Positions 48,863 to 61,921 of a stretch of 64,000 nt of DNA are shown one piece after another. Under the pieces are notes generated by a model. The model worked only from the letters and a program-made list of their open reading frames with translations, did no database searches and had not been told where the DNA came from. Every line of letters begins with the position of its first letter. The stretch's first letter is position 1. The stretch comes from Mobula hypostoma (taxonomy: Eukaryota): contig NC_086108.1 of NCBI RefSeq assembly GCF_963921235.1, forward strand, positions 99,946,001 through 100,010,000. Direction: 5' to 3'. Both the position numbers and the translations under genes were made by a program.

Positions 48863-49837
48863 CCCTTTATCTCATTATCTTGATATTTATTGCTTACTTA
48901 TTTTTATTATTATTATCTCTTTTTTTCTCTTTCTTTATGTATTTGCACAGTTTTTTGCACGTTGGTTGTTTGTCCCTTCAGTTTGGTGTGGTCTATCATC
49001 AATTCTATTGTGCTTAGTGTAGTTACTATGATTGTCCACAAGGAACTGGATCTCAGGATTGTATATGGTGACATAAAAGTACTTTGATAACAAGTTTACT
49101 TTAAACTTTAAACTTTGATTGGTTCTTAGTTGGTCGGAGGCATGGTTAAAAAATTTGTAGGGAAAAGGCAGGAGAATGGGGTTGAGAGGGATAGTAAATC
49201 AGCCATGCTGGAATGATGGAGCAGACTTGATGGGCTGAGTGGCTTAATTCTGCTCCTATGTCTTATGGAAAATGTGTTTGGTCTGGAGATCTCTTTTTCA
49301 GCTAGCTTGCAAATGTTGGATTGAATGGCCCCATTACTGTAATAAGCAGCTACAATTCTGTGGAGAAGCTTGGTTCAATTAGACTTCTCAGCTCATGTCC
49401 TGCTGGTTTCAGTCCTCTGTCTGATGTGTAACAGATTCCACACTGACGCTCTCCTGATGGCAGCTTCACACAATACTTTACCAAGACTCTGGTTTCAGTG
49501 GGATAGTTGCAAACCTGCTGCGATGTTTGAGCTAAACTTTAAAATGTAGAGAGGCTCTTTCTGTGAAAACCTAAAATTAAAGTGGGCTGCAGGAGTAAGT
49601 CCAGCGAATCAGAGTAGAGCCATATTGAACTCGCCACCTTCTCTGTAAGGTCCCCATTGAATGAAATGCCAGGCTGGGACTCCTGCCTTACTGAACTTAT
49701 TCTATTGCCCTTCCCAGTGCAGGTGGACTTCAAGTCTTTCGTTTTTGACATGAATTACCTCCTGTAGTTTTTTTTAAATTATTGTTTGTTGACAACATGT
49801 TGCCATGGCAGAAAAACTTCCTGAATTTCCAGAGCCA

Positions 49838-50195
49838 TCATTATCATCATCATTATGTCCCATATCATATAACGTGGGCGATCATGGTCTCATAATTGTT
49901 CTTGGCAAGTTTTTCTACAGAAGTAGTTTGCTGTTGCCTTCTTCTGGGCAGTGTCTTTACAAGACGGGAGACCCCAGCCATTATCGATACTCTTCAGAGA
50001 TTGTCTGCCTGCTGTCAGTGGTCACATCAGCAGGGCATCGGCTGCTCATATGACCATCCACAACCTGTTCCTACAGCTTCACGTGACCCTGATCAGGGGG
50101 CTAAGCAGGTCTACACCTTGCTCAAGGGTGACCATCAGGCTAGTAGAAGAAAGGAGTGCCTTCCACCTCCTTTGGTAGAGATGTATCTCCCCACC
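49838..50195 (-). mobile_element. RTE-derived short element (Bov-A/Sauria-like module), copy 1
   Basis: Minus strand GAAGAAGGCAACAGCAAACTACTTCTG...CTTGCCAAGAA, (ATG)n tail; colinear with 57912-58279. Confidence 0.75.
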
Positions 50196-50799
50196 ACCGC
50201 CATCCAAACCTATAAAGGACCTATAATCTACAGTTACGTTGAGGGAACTGTCATAAGAAATTCTCAAAGATTCTCAGAATCGGGTCAAAGCATTCTGGAA
50301 ACTTCAATACTAATTAGTAGTCAGTTATACAGACAATGGGACTGTCACCCTGCAGCTAACTTTATGGCTCCCAGAATGTCAAAGCTTGGACAAAGACCAT
50401 TTGGGCCATCATGTTATGCCAGTATTTTGAAATACCCGTGAGGATCCTTGACTCATCCTGAAGAAGGGTCCCAACACCAAAACATCATCTGTCTATTTCC
50501 TCTCCATAGATGCTGCCTGACCCATGAAATTTCTCCAGCATTTTGTGAAATATCTCCCACCTCCACCCTCACTCCCTCCCTCGCTGAAATGAATTCCTCT
50601 CCCTTTCAAGTACATATCTAATTCCCTTATGGAGGTAGTTGTTGAATCTCCATTAATTTCCACTAATCTTCCCAGCAGATCATAACAAATCACCAGGTAA
50701 AAATATTGTCTTTATCTCCCTTGGACATTTTTCTCACCCCCCCCCCCACCCCATTATCTTTCATCTTAAATATGTGCTTACGTTTTACTGAATACTGCA

Positions 50800-51560
50800 C
50801 GTCTGACTACGTATATGAAACTGTCACCACGCCTAATGCAGAGTGCTGATCTTCCAGAATTAAGACCTTTTCAATGGGTGGACTCAGTAATTGATCTAAC
50901 TTTCAAAGCAATCAAGCAATTATATCACAAACACTGCTAATCCAAACGAGAGATTTGTGAAAGCAAAACTGCTTATTATCAGATTCCCTGACTTTTATAA
51001 GCAAAGCAACATCACAATGAAGATATCATCTACATAATACCTTTAGCTCCTGAATTAATACTACCTTTTTTCAAAGTTTTTGTTTAAATATTTAGACAAA
51101 TGTTTGGCCAGATCAAGCTACAGAAACTATTGTTTAGTTTTCCAACGCATCATTGTGTAAAAGCTAACCCAAGCTGCAAAAGGCACGAATAGATAATCTG
51201 ATCATATTATTCATTTCCATACTGTGATGAGTAAACAAGAATAGCAGATTAACAATGCAAATTAAAATACTTTATGTACTGTGACAGATTATTTTGGATC
51301 CCGGTTAACTAAATGCGGCTATATGAACCATGACTGTTAGATGTGGGATTGGAAAGTCTGCAAATCAGATCAAAGTAATGGGCAGACATAACTTGCAGCA
51401 AAAGACATCATTAGGCTGCTACAGCGCGACTCCCTTAACAGTGAGGCCGAGCTTATCATCTGCGTAAACTAAGCTGACAAAACATGTAATTCTATTTTAT
51501 GTGAAAGTTTGTTTTAGTGCGTCGGAGGCTGGCATTCCAGAGCTGTTCGGAGGAGGGCTG
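50800..51560. promoter_or_regulatory. Candidate conserved non-coding element island
   Basis: Repeat-free and AT-rich; overlapping AACAATG/ATGCAAAT at 51251-51262, GTAAACA, TGACAG. Confidence 0.45.
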
Positions 51561-51858
51561 CACTCACAGAGCTATTGAGCTGTACAGCAAAGAAATAGGC
51601 CATTCAGCCCACCACAACTGTGCTGACCATTTTGCTCATCTACGCTGATTGCATCGGGACATGATCCTTCAGTGCCTTGCCTATTTAAGTGTTTGTCTAA
51701 ATTCGTCTTCAAGACAGGAATCATAACTCTTTTTTTAATAGCTAGTTTATAAGAATATGAGAGGTGGAGATAGGGAGTGCCTCTATACCCTATCATTCAG
51801 AATCAGTTTCCCAGAGTAGAAATGTTAAAAACTGGAAGTCATGCATTTAAGGTGAGAA

Positions 51859-52169
51859 TTTTCCTACTGCCTGTTATGCCTCTGGCGTTTAGGGCAGCAA
51901 TGAACATCCTTCATCTCTGTCTGCATAGAAGGATTCTTCATTGCTGTTTCCATTATAATGTTTTTTTGATCAGTCAAGGCTGTTAACCCCATACCTGGAG
52001 GACTGGTGGACCACTGTTAGTCTAGCCTCTACCCTTTGACCTGCTTGGCATGGGTGGCCCTACCAAGAGCCAAAGCACAAGGCCCTGACTCCAGCCAGCA
52101 TCGCTTTTCAGGTCATTGAGGCACACAAGCCTCCAAACCCCATGACAAGGTTGGTGGTCCTCATGGAGG
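51859..52169 (-). mobile_element. Bipartite RTE (Expander/Rex3-like) non-autonomous element
   Basis: Minus-strand head GGACCACCAACCTTGTCATGGGGTTTGGAGGCTTGTGTGCCTCAATGACC resembles RTE 5' UTRs; 12-bp TSD TTAAGGTGAGAA (51847-51858) / TTAAGGTAAGAA (52170-52181) inside a CR1 fragment. Confidence 0.8.
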
Positions 52170-52521
52170 TTAAGGTAAGAAGGGGAAAGTTTAGAGGCAG
52201 GGTTTTGTTTTAACATGGAAGAGCTAGGTACCTGGAACAGGCCTCCAGGGTAATGCTGGAGACATATATGATTGTGGTGTTTAATTAGCCTTTTGATCGG
52301 TACATCTTTGAAAATGCAGGGAATAGAGAGATATGGATCATGTCCAGGCAGAAGAGATTCAGTCTGTGGGATGAATGGCCTGTCCCTGTGCTCTATTGTT
52401 CTATGTTCTAACTACATTAACTCTTTAAGGTTCCATTTCTCAAGTCACATTTACACAAAGTTCTGCATCACATTTGTGGTAACATTAGCTAAGATGAGAA
52501 AAAGCAAAAGTTTGGAGAATC

Positions 52522-52925
52522 ATAAACACAAGAGATTCTGCAGATGCTGGAAATCTAGAGTAACACACACAAAATGCTGGAAGAACTCAGCAGGACGTTT
52601 CGGACCTAGGCCCTTCATCGGGTCTGGAAAGGAAGACAAAAGTGAGGATAAAAGGTGAGGAGAACAAGCTCAAAGATGATAGATGAGACCAGCTGAGGGG
52701 GAAGGAAATTGGTTGGTGGGAGCGGGGATAAGATAAAGAGCTGAAGAAGAGGGAATCTGATAGGAGAGGAAAATGAACAATGGGAGAACAGGAAGGAGGA
52801 GGAGAATCAAAGGGAGGTGGTAGACTTGAGAGAAGAGGAGGAGTAAGAGGGAAGTCAGATTGAGGTATGGAAAAAGAGAGAAGGGGGAGGGGAGAAGTAA
52901 CTAGATGTTAGAGAAATCAACGTTT
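52522..52925 (-). mobile_element. Penelope-derived 3' fragment with hammerhead remnant
   Basis: AAACACAAGAGATTCTGCAGATGCTGG...GACGTTTCGGACCTAGGCCCTTCATCGG, purine-rich block, ending at the PLE ORF terminus (TTAGAGAAATCAA). Confidence 0.8.
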
Positions 52926-55900
52926 ACTGAATCGTGTACTGTAAATGGGAGAAATAATCAATTTGCCAACATCACCCAATCTTATTACAGGACATCTGGG
53001 GCTGTGAGAACACTGGGATCCAGTTTTATGAAGGTGGGAGCTAGGCCTTTGCAATGGTATTGGAAATGAAAATGGTTTATTATTGTCATATGTACTGAAA
53101 TACCGTGGAAAAACTTCGCTTTGAATGCCTTCCATACAAATCAATTCAAAACATAAGTACTTCAAGGTAGTAGAACGGAAAAGCAACAGCAGAATGCAGA
53201 TTATTGTGTTACTTTTACAGTTCCAGACAAAGTGCAGTGCAAGTAGGCAATAAGGCACAAGGGTCATGATGGGGTAGGTCAAGAATTCACCTCTCTTGTA
53301 CAAGAGGTTCTTTCAAAGTTCAAAGTACATTTCTTATCAAAGAATATATACTTCATACAACCTTAAGATTTGTCAGCCATGAAGCAAAGAACCCCAATAG
53401 AATCCATTAAAAACAGAGGACAGTCAAACACACAGTGTGCAGAGAGAGAGAGAGAGAGAAAAACAAATTGTGCAAACGGTAAAGCAAGCAAACAACACTC
53501 AGAACTGGAGTTCACAACACCAGGCATCATTCAGAAGTCCAGAGAAGCCAATTCAGAAGGCCTCAGTCCAGCACAGTTGAGAAAACCCTGCAGAGCAGCG
53601 AACCACACCAGCCTGTCTCTCGCCTCTGAATCTTATATAAGACCATAAGATATAGGAGCCGAATTAGGCCATTTGGCCCGTTGAGTCTGCTCCATCATTT
53701 CATCATGGCTGATCTAATTTTCCTCTCAGCTCCAAATCTTTTGCCTTCTCTCCTTATCCCTTCATTCCCTATCCAATCAAGAATCTTACCAAACACTGTC
53801 TTAAATACTTACTCATAAAGACTTAGCCTCCACAGCTGCCTATGGAAAAGACTTCCATAGATTCACCACTCTCTGGTTAAAGAAATTCCTTCTCCTTCCC
53901 ACTCTAAAAGAACACCCCTCTGTTCTGAGGCTATGTCCTCTGGTCATAGACTGTCCTACCATAGAAAACACCTTCTCCACATCCACTCTATCAAAGCTTT
54001 CATTGAACATAGAACAGCACAATACAGGCCTTTCGACACAATGTTGTGCAGACATTTTAATCTATTCCAAGATCAATCTAATGCTTCCCTCCTGTGTGGT
54101 CCTCCATCTTGAGGATAGATTATCTATATCCTTATCTAAGAGTCTTGTAAATGTCCCTAATGTAGCTGCTTCTACCACCATCCGGGACAAGGGGTACCAC
54201 ACATCCAACACTCTGTGTTGAAAATCTACCTCAGACATTCCTCCGCCTGAAAGTTATACCCTCTTGTATTAGCATTCTGCCCTGGGAAAAAGACATGGGC
54301 TGTCCACACAAGGTATACCTCATATCATCATATACAGCTCTCCTAAGTCATGCCTTATTCTGCTTCGCTCCAATGAGAAAAGCCCTAGCCCGCTCAACCT
54401 TTCATAATGAGAGCAGGACAGAAACTGTCCTCAAGACTGAAGATGCATGCTTTCAAGTTTTTGTGACTTCTGCCGAACAGAAAGGGGGAGAAGAGGGAAT
54501 GCCTGAGGAGGGAGGGCTCTTTGATTACATTGGCTCCTTTCCCAAGGCAGCAGGATGTATAGACAAATTCCATGGAGGGGAGACTGTTGAGGGTGGGTCA
54601 GGTGCTAGAATGTGGGAGTGGTGTTAGAGAGCAGCCAAGTACTCGGTGTGTGGAGAGCTGGATCCTGAGACAGAGTGGTGGGACTCACGGTTTCTAAATG
54701 CAGGTCTTTTTCCTGCAGAGTCTTTTATTTTCCTATATGAACAGTCCTGAATTTTAAGACTGGAGTTATCATCTTCACTGCAAACCTGTCTGAGTTGACT
54801 TTTATGCCAGCCAAAGAGGCCTAACAAGATGATATCCTCATCCCAGGCTCCAGAAAGTGAGATATCCCTGGTTTCAAAGTCTAACCCACTTTTCTTCTGG
54901 AGAATTTTTTTTAAAGCACACGAACTACTTTATGGCCCCTTATTGTAAATATGATAAATTTTTCTGATGATGGTATCTCCGGGGATTAAAACGTCTGCTT
55001 CATCAGCCATTAACACTCGCTCTGACACACACTGTTTCATTACTAAAATATCCCTCAGGTAATGGCAGCTCATTTTTACCTTTATCAACTTGTTCTTAAA
55101 TGGCGTTTGTACAGGGTCACATTTTCCCTTTGGGACTGCTCATGGTAAATCTATGGCTCCCTGTTATTGATGAGTATAATTAGACTGATTTTTAAGGTCA
55201 TACGTGCACGTGCTAGGAAATAGGGGACAATGAGTGGCATTAAATGTTAATTTTTTGGGGGGGACTAAAAGACCTCCTTCAATAAATTGTTATGTTGTTG
55301 AGGAGAAGCGAGAGTTTTCTGATGTTAAGCAGTTCTTTAGTAAATATTAATCCAAGAACCATTGTTTAAAAAAAGCATTTTAATCCCATGCTTTACTGTG
55401 AAGGTTAATAGGTATGAGGAGGGGGGAGAGAATCATTTGATTTTTTTTGTTGTAGATGAAGAATCTTGCCTCTAATTTCTCTGTATCCCTTAGAGATATT
55501 GTTCTGCAAGAGCAGGTTTGGCTCACTAATGGAGTTAAGTTTACAAATGCAAAAAGCACAGGAAGAGGCCTTTCAGCCCCTCAAGTCTGTGCTAGCTATT
55601 GAACATCCATTTTATTCTAATCCTATACGACTCCCATTTTATTCCCCCCATTCCCTTCAAATCACTCCAGCCACTCTACATAATACTAGGGGCAATAAAC
55701 AGTGATTAATTAACGTTCCAGTTGAGATGTGAGAGGAAACTAAAGTACATGAAGAAAACCACATGGTCACACAGAGAATGTGCAAACCCCACACAGACTG
55801 TACCTGAGGTCAGGATTGAACCCACACCAATAGAGTATGAAGCAGCAGCTTTACCAGCTGCTCCAGTGCGGTGTCCCAGAGTGACTTGTGAACCTTTAAG

Positions 55901-55944
55901 AGTTCAACATACTTGAGGGGCTGAATGGTCTCTAAATCAAAGTC

Positions 55945-56227
55945 AGGGGTAACGCAGTGGTTAGCACCACGCTCTACAGTGCAGGCGGCCCGTGTTCAGT
56001 TCCCGCTACTGCATGTAAGGAGTTTGTATGTTTTTCCCAGTGACCGTGTGGGTTTTCTCCGGTGCTCCAGTTCCTCCCACAGTCCAAAGACGTACTGGTT
56101 AGTAGGATAATTGGTCAATGTAAATTGTCCGATGATTAGGCTCAGATTAAATCGGGGGTTGCTGGGCAGTGTGGCTCGAAGGGCCAGAAGATCCTATTCT
56201 GCGCTGTATCTCAATAAATAAATAAAA
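55945..56227 (+). mobile_element. tRNA-derived V-domain SINE (HE1-like), CR1-type tail
   Basis: A box GCAGTGGTTAGC, V-domain GGAGTTTGTATG...CTCCGGTGCTCCAGTTCCTCCCACAGTCCAAAGAC, tail GAAGGGCC..TGCGCTGTATCTC(AATA)n. Confidence 0.88.
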
Positions 56228-56397
56228 TGTGTATTGCTGAAGATTTCCAGGGTCTGCAGAGTGACTTCTTAAAGGTGTAAATGAGACGCATAGACAAACC
56301 TTTGAATGGTCCATGAGCATTGTCTCACTATTATCTTTTTATTTGTTTATTGTAATTTGTAGTAACTATTATGTGCCACACAACAATACAAATTTCT

Positions 56398-56745
56398 CAA
56401 ACACGAGAAAATCTGCAGATCTGGAAATGCGAAGCAACACACACAAAATGCTGGAGGAACTCAGCAGGTCAGGCAGCATCTTTGGCAATGAATTATCAGT
56501 TGACATTTCAGCTCAAGACCTTCATCGGAACTGTAAATGTGGTGGGAGAGGAAGGAGGCTAGCTAGAAGGTGATATGTGAAGCCAGGTAGGCAAAAAAGG
56601 TAAAGAGCTGGAGAGGAAGGAATCTGATAGCGGAGGAGAGTAAACCATGGGAGAAAGGGAAGGAGGAGGAGACCCAGGAGGAGGTGATAGGCAGGTGAGA
56701 AAAGGTAAGAGGCCAGAGTGCGGAGTAGAAGAAGGAAGGGGGATT
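56398..56745 (-). mobile_element. Penelope-derived pLTR fragment with decayed hammerhead
   Basis: AAACACGAGAAAATCTGCAGAT...CACACAAAATGCTGGAGGAACTCAGCAGGTCAGGCAGCATC. Confidence 0.8.
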
Positions 56746-57911
56746 TCACAACATATGACCCTGATAATCAACCTGATTCTGATTCAGGCGAATTTGAAAC
56801 AAAAAAGAAGCATCAACAACTTGATTTGGTGCACTTCACCATTCTCAAAGCAACACATTTTCAGAGTGTTACAGATTATAAAATCTGTACGAGCCACTGG
56901 CCAGAGCTGAGGAAACCTGGAGTTCTCGTCCAGGCACTGAAATGAACACTAATCTTTCACAAACTGCCTCATATCCTGTTAGGGTCAAAGGCCAGTAGGT
57001 AAACCTCATGACCCCACTTTGTGGCTATTCTTAAAAATTCTTCCAGTATTTTATTAGTAATGCCTGAAGACGTAACAAAAGCTCACTATCAAGGACCCTA
57101 CAACTCATGTTCTCATTATTATTTGTTTACCTTCTTATTCATTATTTGCACAATCTGCTCTCCTTTGCACATTAGATGTTTGCAGGTCTCTGCAATTTAT
57201 AGTTTTATCATAAATTCTTTTGCATTTTTCTGTTTTCCGGTGAATACTTGCAAAAAAGTGAATCTCAAGGTAGTATATGGTGATATATATATATATATAT
57301 ATATATAAACCTTGATAATAAATTAACTCTGAACTTTGAACAATTGAAAAAGCCTTCATTCATTATTAAGAGAAAGATGAAGAATTGAACCCACTATAGC
57401 AAAAACAGCCCTCACTTTTTTTGGCTTTGTGCTTTGGGAGTTTAACACATTCTCTTCCTTTTGTGAGCACCATAGGTAATATCATACCAATTAGTCATCC
57501 TCCAGTAAGAGTTGGCCGCTGTTCTTTGATTATCCTGAACGTTTCTGGCAGGATATTTGACATTGGCAACCAGTACAGCTAACCACTGCTCTGAACAGGC
57601 CTTTTGGCCCACAACATGTGCGCCGTACATGATGCCAAATTAAACTAAATCTCTTCTGCCTGCATATATCCATATCTCTCTGTTTCCTGTCTGTTCATGA
57701 GTCTGTCCAACAGCCAATATCTCACACCACTATCGGATCTGCTTCTACCACAAACTCTGGCAGCCCATTCCAAGCACCTACCATACTCTGTGTGAAAAAC
57801 TTGTCCTCCACATCTCCCCGTAAACACTCCTCCTCTCACCTTAGATAGACGTCCTCCAGTAGTTGACATTTCTACCCTGGAAAAAGGATTCTGGCTCCCT
57901 CCCCTGCCTAT

Positions 57912-58279
57912 CATCATCATCATTATTGTGTGCCATGTCCTACAATGTGAGCGATCATGGTCTCATCATCATGATTGTTCTTGGCAAATTTTTCTACAGA
58001 AGTGATTTGCCATTGCCTTCTTTTGGGCAGTGTCTTTACAAGAAAGGTGATCCCAGCCACTATCAATATTGTTCAGAGATTGTCAGTGGTCACATAACCA
58101 GGACTTGTGACATGCACCAGCTGCTCATACCACCATCCACCACCTGCTCCCGTGGCTTCATATGACCCTGATTGGGGGGGCGGGGCATGCAGGTGCTACA
58201 CCTTGCCCAAGGGTGATTTGCAGACTAGCAGTAGAGACGTGTCCTCTTCGGTAGAGATGTATTTCCACCTGGCCACCCG
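57912..58279 (-). mobile_element. RTE-derived short element (Bov-A/Sauria-like module), copy 2
   Basis: 13-bp TSD CTCCCCTGCCTAT (57899-57911) / CTCCCATGCCTAT (58280-58292); (ATG)n tail; AAGAAGGCAATGGCAAATCACTTCTG...TTGCCAAGAA. Confidence 0.82.
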
Positions 58280-58989
58280 CTCCCATGCCTATACCTCTCA
58301 TAAATGGAATCGCAACTGGAATTAGAATTGGCTTATTATTGTCACAAGTACCAAGATACAGTGAAAAGATTGTCTTGCACACTGTTCATACAAATCAGAT
58401 CATTAGGCAGTGCATTGAATTAGAACAAGGTAAATTAATAACAATGCAGAATAAAGAATTTTATAAACTTCTGTCAGGTCTCTGCTCAGGCTCTGATGGT
58501 CCAGAGAAAACCACCGAAGTTTTCTCCTACAGCTCATACCCTCTAATCGATGCAGATCCCTGGTGAATCTCTTCCACACCCTCTCCAAAACCTTCACTTC
58601 CTTCCTGTAATTGGGTGGCCAGAACTGCATGCAATCGCTCTGTTCCATCTCCTTGAATAACATAATACTCGGCAATCAGTCCTCTCCTAATCACAATTAG
58701 GAGCAACCATAATCCTCTCCATAAATGTACAACTTCAGCTCAAGTCTCTGGAGTGTAGTCAGAGGTGGGAATGATAACTATGTGGTCACTTTCCTTGTTT
58801 TCTCCACATACTCCTTATGATCTCTATACTGCAACTCTCGCCTCTGCTGCTTCCTCCATTTCATTTGTAAGTTCTCGATATTTTTTATGCCATGGACAAA
58901 TGCCATTGAGCAAGGGGTCCATGGACCCCTGATTTCATTTTCCCTTCCATGCTGTCAGCTGGCTCAACCACTTCTTCAAACATCTAGAT

Positions 58990-59095
58990 GAAGTCCTGAT
59001 GAAAGGTCTTGGCCAAAATTGTCAACTATTTATTCCTCTCGGTAGATGCTGCCTGACCTGCTGAGATCCTCCTGCATTTTGTCTGTGTGTTGCTC
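58990..59095 (+). mobile_element. Penelope-derived pLTR fragment with decayed hammerhead
   Basis: AGTC CTGATGA AAGGTCTTGGCCA AAAT TG TC AACT followed by the family 3' block. Confidence 0.78.
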
Positions 59096-59718
59096 ACAAC
59101 CCTCTCCACTTTTCTTCCATTCTCTCCTCCTTTAACTTTTACATAGAACATAGAACATAGAATAGTACAGCACTGTGCAACTTTGCCGAACTTTGGCTCA
59201 TTTCTCCCCAAGGTTACTTTGTGTGATATCAGTCATGTGTTTATTCCCTACAGTAAAGATCCAATATAAACATACATTGTCACAGCCATTGTCAAAATTT
59301 ACAACAGAAGGGTTGAGAAAGCTTTTTTCCATCAAGCCCTTGATTCATTTAACTTCTCATGAGATTGATCGACGCCTACAGCAAAAGAATAGTTAAATTA
59401 TATAAGCCCAGTCATATTATGAGGACCAGATGTTGTAATTTAAGCCAATCAATAATTTCCCACCTTCAGCTTTCAATATTATATTTGCACCGAGGAATGT
59501 ATTCCCTGCCTTTATAAGCATAACTTCTACTGTTATAACCTTTCTCGCACCTCTGCGCAGTCTGTGTTCCCTGGCATGAAGTTCCCATCCATCTGTTCAC
59601 ACCTCAGTTCAGCTTCTCTTTGAGTGAATTTTAGTGTTTGCGATTCTTTCAGCTCTGAAAATCCTACATACATCTGGGACTGCAGTATGGCAACTCCCAC
59701 ACCTTAACCCATCACATA

Positions 59719-60277
59719 CACTCAGTGGCCACTTTATTAGGTACACCTGTACACCTGCCCGTTAATGCAAATACTTAATCAGCCAGTCATGTGGCAGCAA
59801 CTCAGTGCATAAGAGCATGTAGACAAGGTTCAGTTGTTGTTCAGGACAAATGTCAGAATAGGGAAGAAATATGATCTTCGTGACTTTGACCGTGGAGTAT
59901 TGTTGGTGCCAAATGTGTGGTTTGGTTATCTCAGAAACTGCTGATCTCCTGGGATTTTCATGCACAACAATCTCTGAAGTTTACAGAGAGTGGTGCAAAA
60001 ATCAAGAAGCATCCAGTAAACGGTTGTTCTGTAGCTAAAATGGTCTTGTTAATCAGAGAGGTCAGAGGAGAATAGCCAGACTAGTTCAAGCTGACAAGAA
60101 GGTCACAGTAGCTCATATAACCACACATTACAACAGTGGTGTGCAGAAGAGCATCTCTGAGCACATGACACATCGGATCTTGAAGTAGATGGGCTACAGC
60201 AGCAGGAGACCATGAGCATACACTTGGTAGCTTCTTTATTAGGGGCAGGAGGTACCTAATAAAGTGGCCACTCAGTG
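59719..60277 (+). mobile_element. Tc1-derived non-autonomous DNA transposon
   Basis: TA + CACTCAGTGGCCACTTTATTAGGTAC ... GTACCTAATAAAGTGGCCACTCAGTG; transposase remnant GKKYDLRDFDRGVLLV..ISETADLLGFSCTTISEVYREW. Confidence 0.9.
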
Positions 60278-61921
60278 ATGCTAATCAACCTCGCTTTAAC
60301 CCCACCAATCTCCATCTGAAGGTCACCCCTCTGAAGTTGTAAAGACTGAACTCTTTTGCATTCATGAACTATATGATAATCTGTGTTGAACTCTACTTCT
60401 GTGGTACTGAACTCTGTGTCCGTCTACATTGTGGCATCATTGTCGGAGAGAACAGAAACCAAAATTTCTATCCCAGTCAGATGGGCGACATTTGCATCTC
60501 CTTTCCTGTGCCTTGCTGTAAAGATCCAGCTTTTATATCTGCAAAGCTTCGATTTCTGCCCTCTTGCCGCTCCCGCACACTGTAAATTTCTTGTTTTAAT
60601 GAGAAGGAATGCCCACAAGTGACTATTAAAAGGATTGCTGGCCTCTTCAAGTCATGTGGTTTCAAGTTCAGCCTGAGAGAGTGAAAAACTCCAGAAAACT
60701 GAATGTGCAGACAAAATTGCATTTTCCAAATGTCCTTGTGGAGTCATAAGTCTAGACACTAATATCTCTAAATAATTTAATCAAACAACAAAACCTTGTT
60801 CCCAGAACCTTTTCATTGAGATTATTTCTGGTTATTTGTATAACAAAGCTTCAGTGTATGCAGAACGATGTTAATGTGCATGACATGCATAATAGGGTTA
60901 TGAAAAAGTGGTGTTAAAGTCAAGTAAGAAAGCTAAGGCACCCAATTTTGGATCCTTTCCAGCTTATTTGCAAGATTCCAAACTTGGCCTGGCTGCTCTG
61001 TCAAAGGGTGCAGATGCATCCGTTGATTTTTTTTTTTCAGAAGAGTCTGGAACTAAAATGTTTCTTTGTGTTTCGATATTTGATGTTCCACCAAGTGTTA
61101 GCATTTCTTTCACTGGGGACTGATGTAGATGTCTCAGGATGAAATTTAAGAGCTTAACTTTCTATTCAGTAAGTGATTCACTTTTTAAAATCTTATTTGT
61201 TTTCTGGTGACCCATTAAGGTGGAGGAGGATCCAATGCATGGGACTATTGGGCTTGAGTTTTACATCACAATCTTTTCACCGAGGAAAGAAACTTAGATG
61301 CATTGTCTTCACCCTTAGCTGGATTTTATTTGGCAAATGGCCCTTGCAAAGCTGGCAAAACATCCCATCCAATGGCATTCAACAATGCAATCTTTTCCTC
61401 ACCCTCCCATCAGAACTACTGAGGTGCCAGCTCATTACTTCTATCACTTCCTGGGAGATGAACATCAATCTAGCAGTTACTAACATTCTCAGTTTGCCCA
61501 GTACAAGCTGCTGTGTGCCACCATCTTGAATCGTGCAAATCTATAAAGATAAAGATTAGCTTTATTTGTCACATGTGCATCGAAACATCAAAACACACTG
61601 TAAAATGTGTTGTTCATGTCAACAACCAACACAAGGATGTGCCGGGGACAGATTACAAGTGTTACCATGCTTCCGGTGCCAAAATAGCCTGCCCATAACT
61701 GGCTAACCCACAAGTCATTTTAGAATGTAGAAGGAAAGTGGAGCACCCAGAGGAAACTTACATAGTCATGGGGAGAACGTACAAACTCCTTACAAAGAGT
61801 GGCATTTGGTGCTGTACAGCATTATGCTAACCACTATGATACTGTGATGCCCATTGAATGTCATTCCACAATCACAGCATACCCATCCACATTTCATATG
61901 TTCTACAAAGCTGGAAATGTT

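Noticed and set aside
49896..50441. 181-aa ORF as a host exon
   Set aside because: Mostly antisense read-through of an RTE-derived repeat; no domain recognisable
60300..61530. Host coding exons in this largely unique stretch
   Set aside because: None of the short ORFs resembles a known protein and I could not define convincing splice pairs; a small exon cannot be excluded
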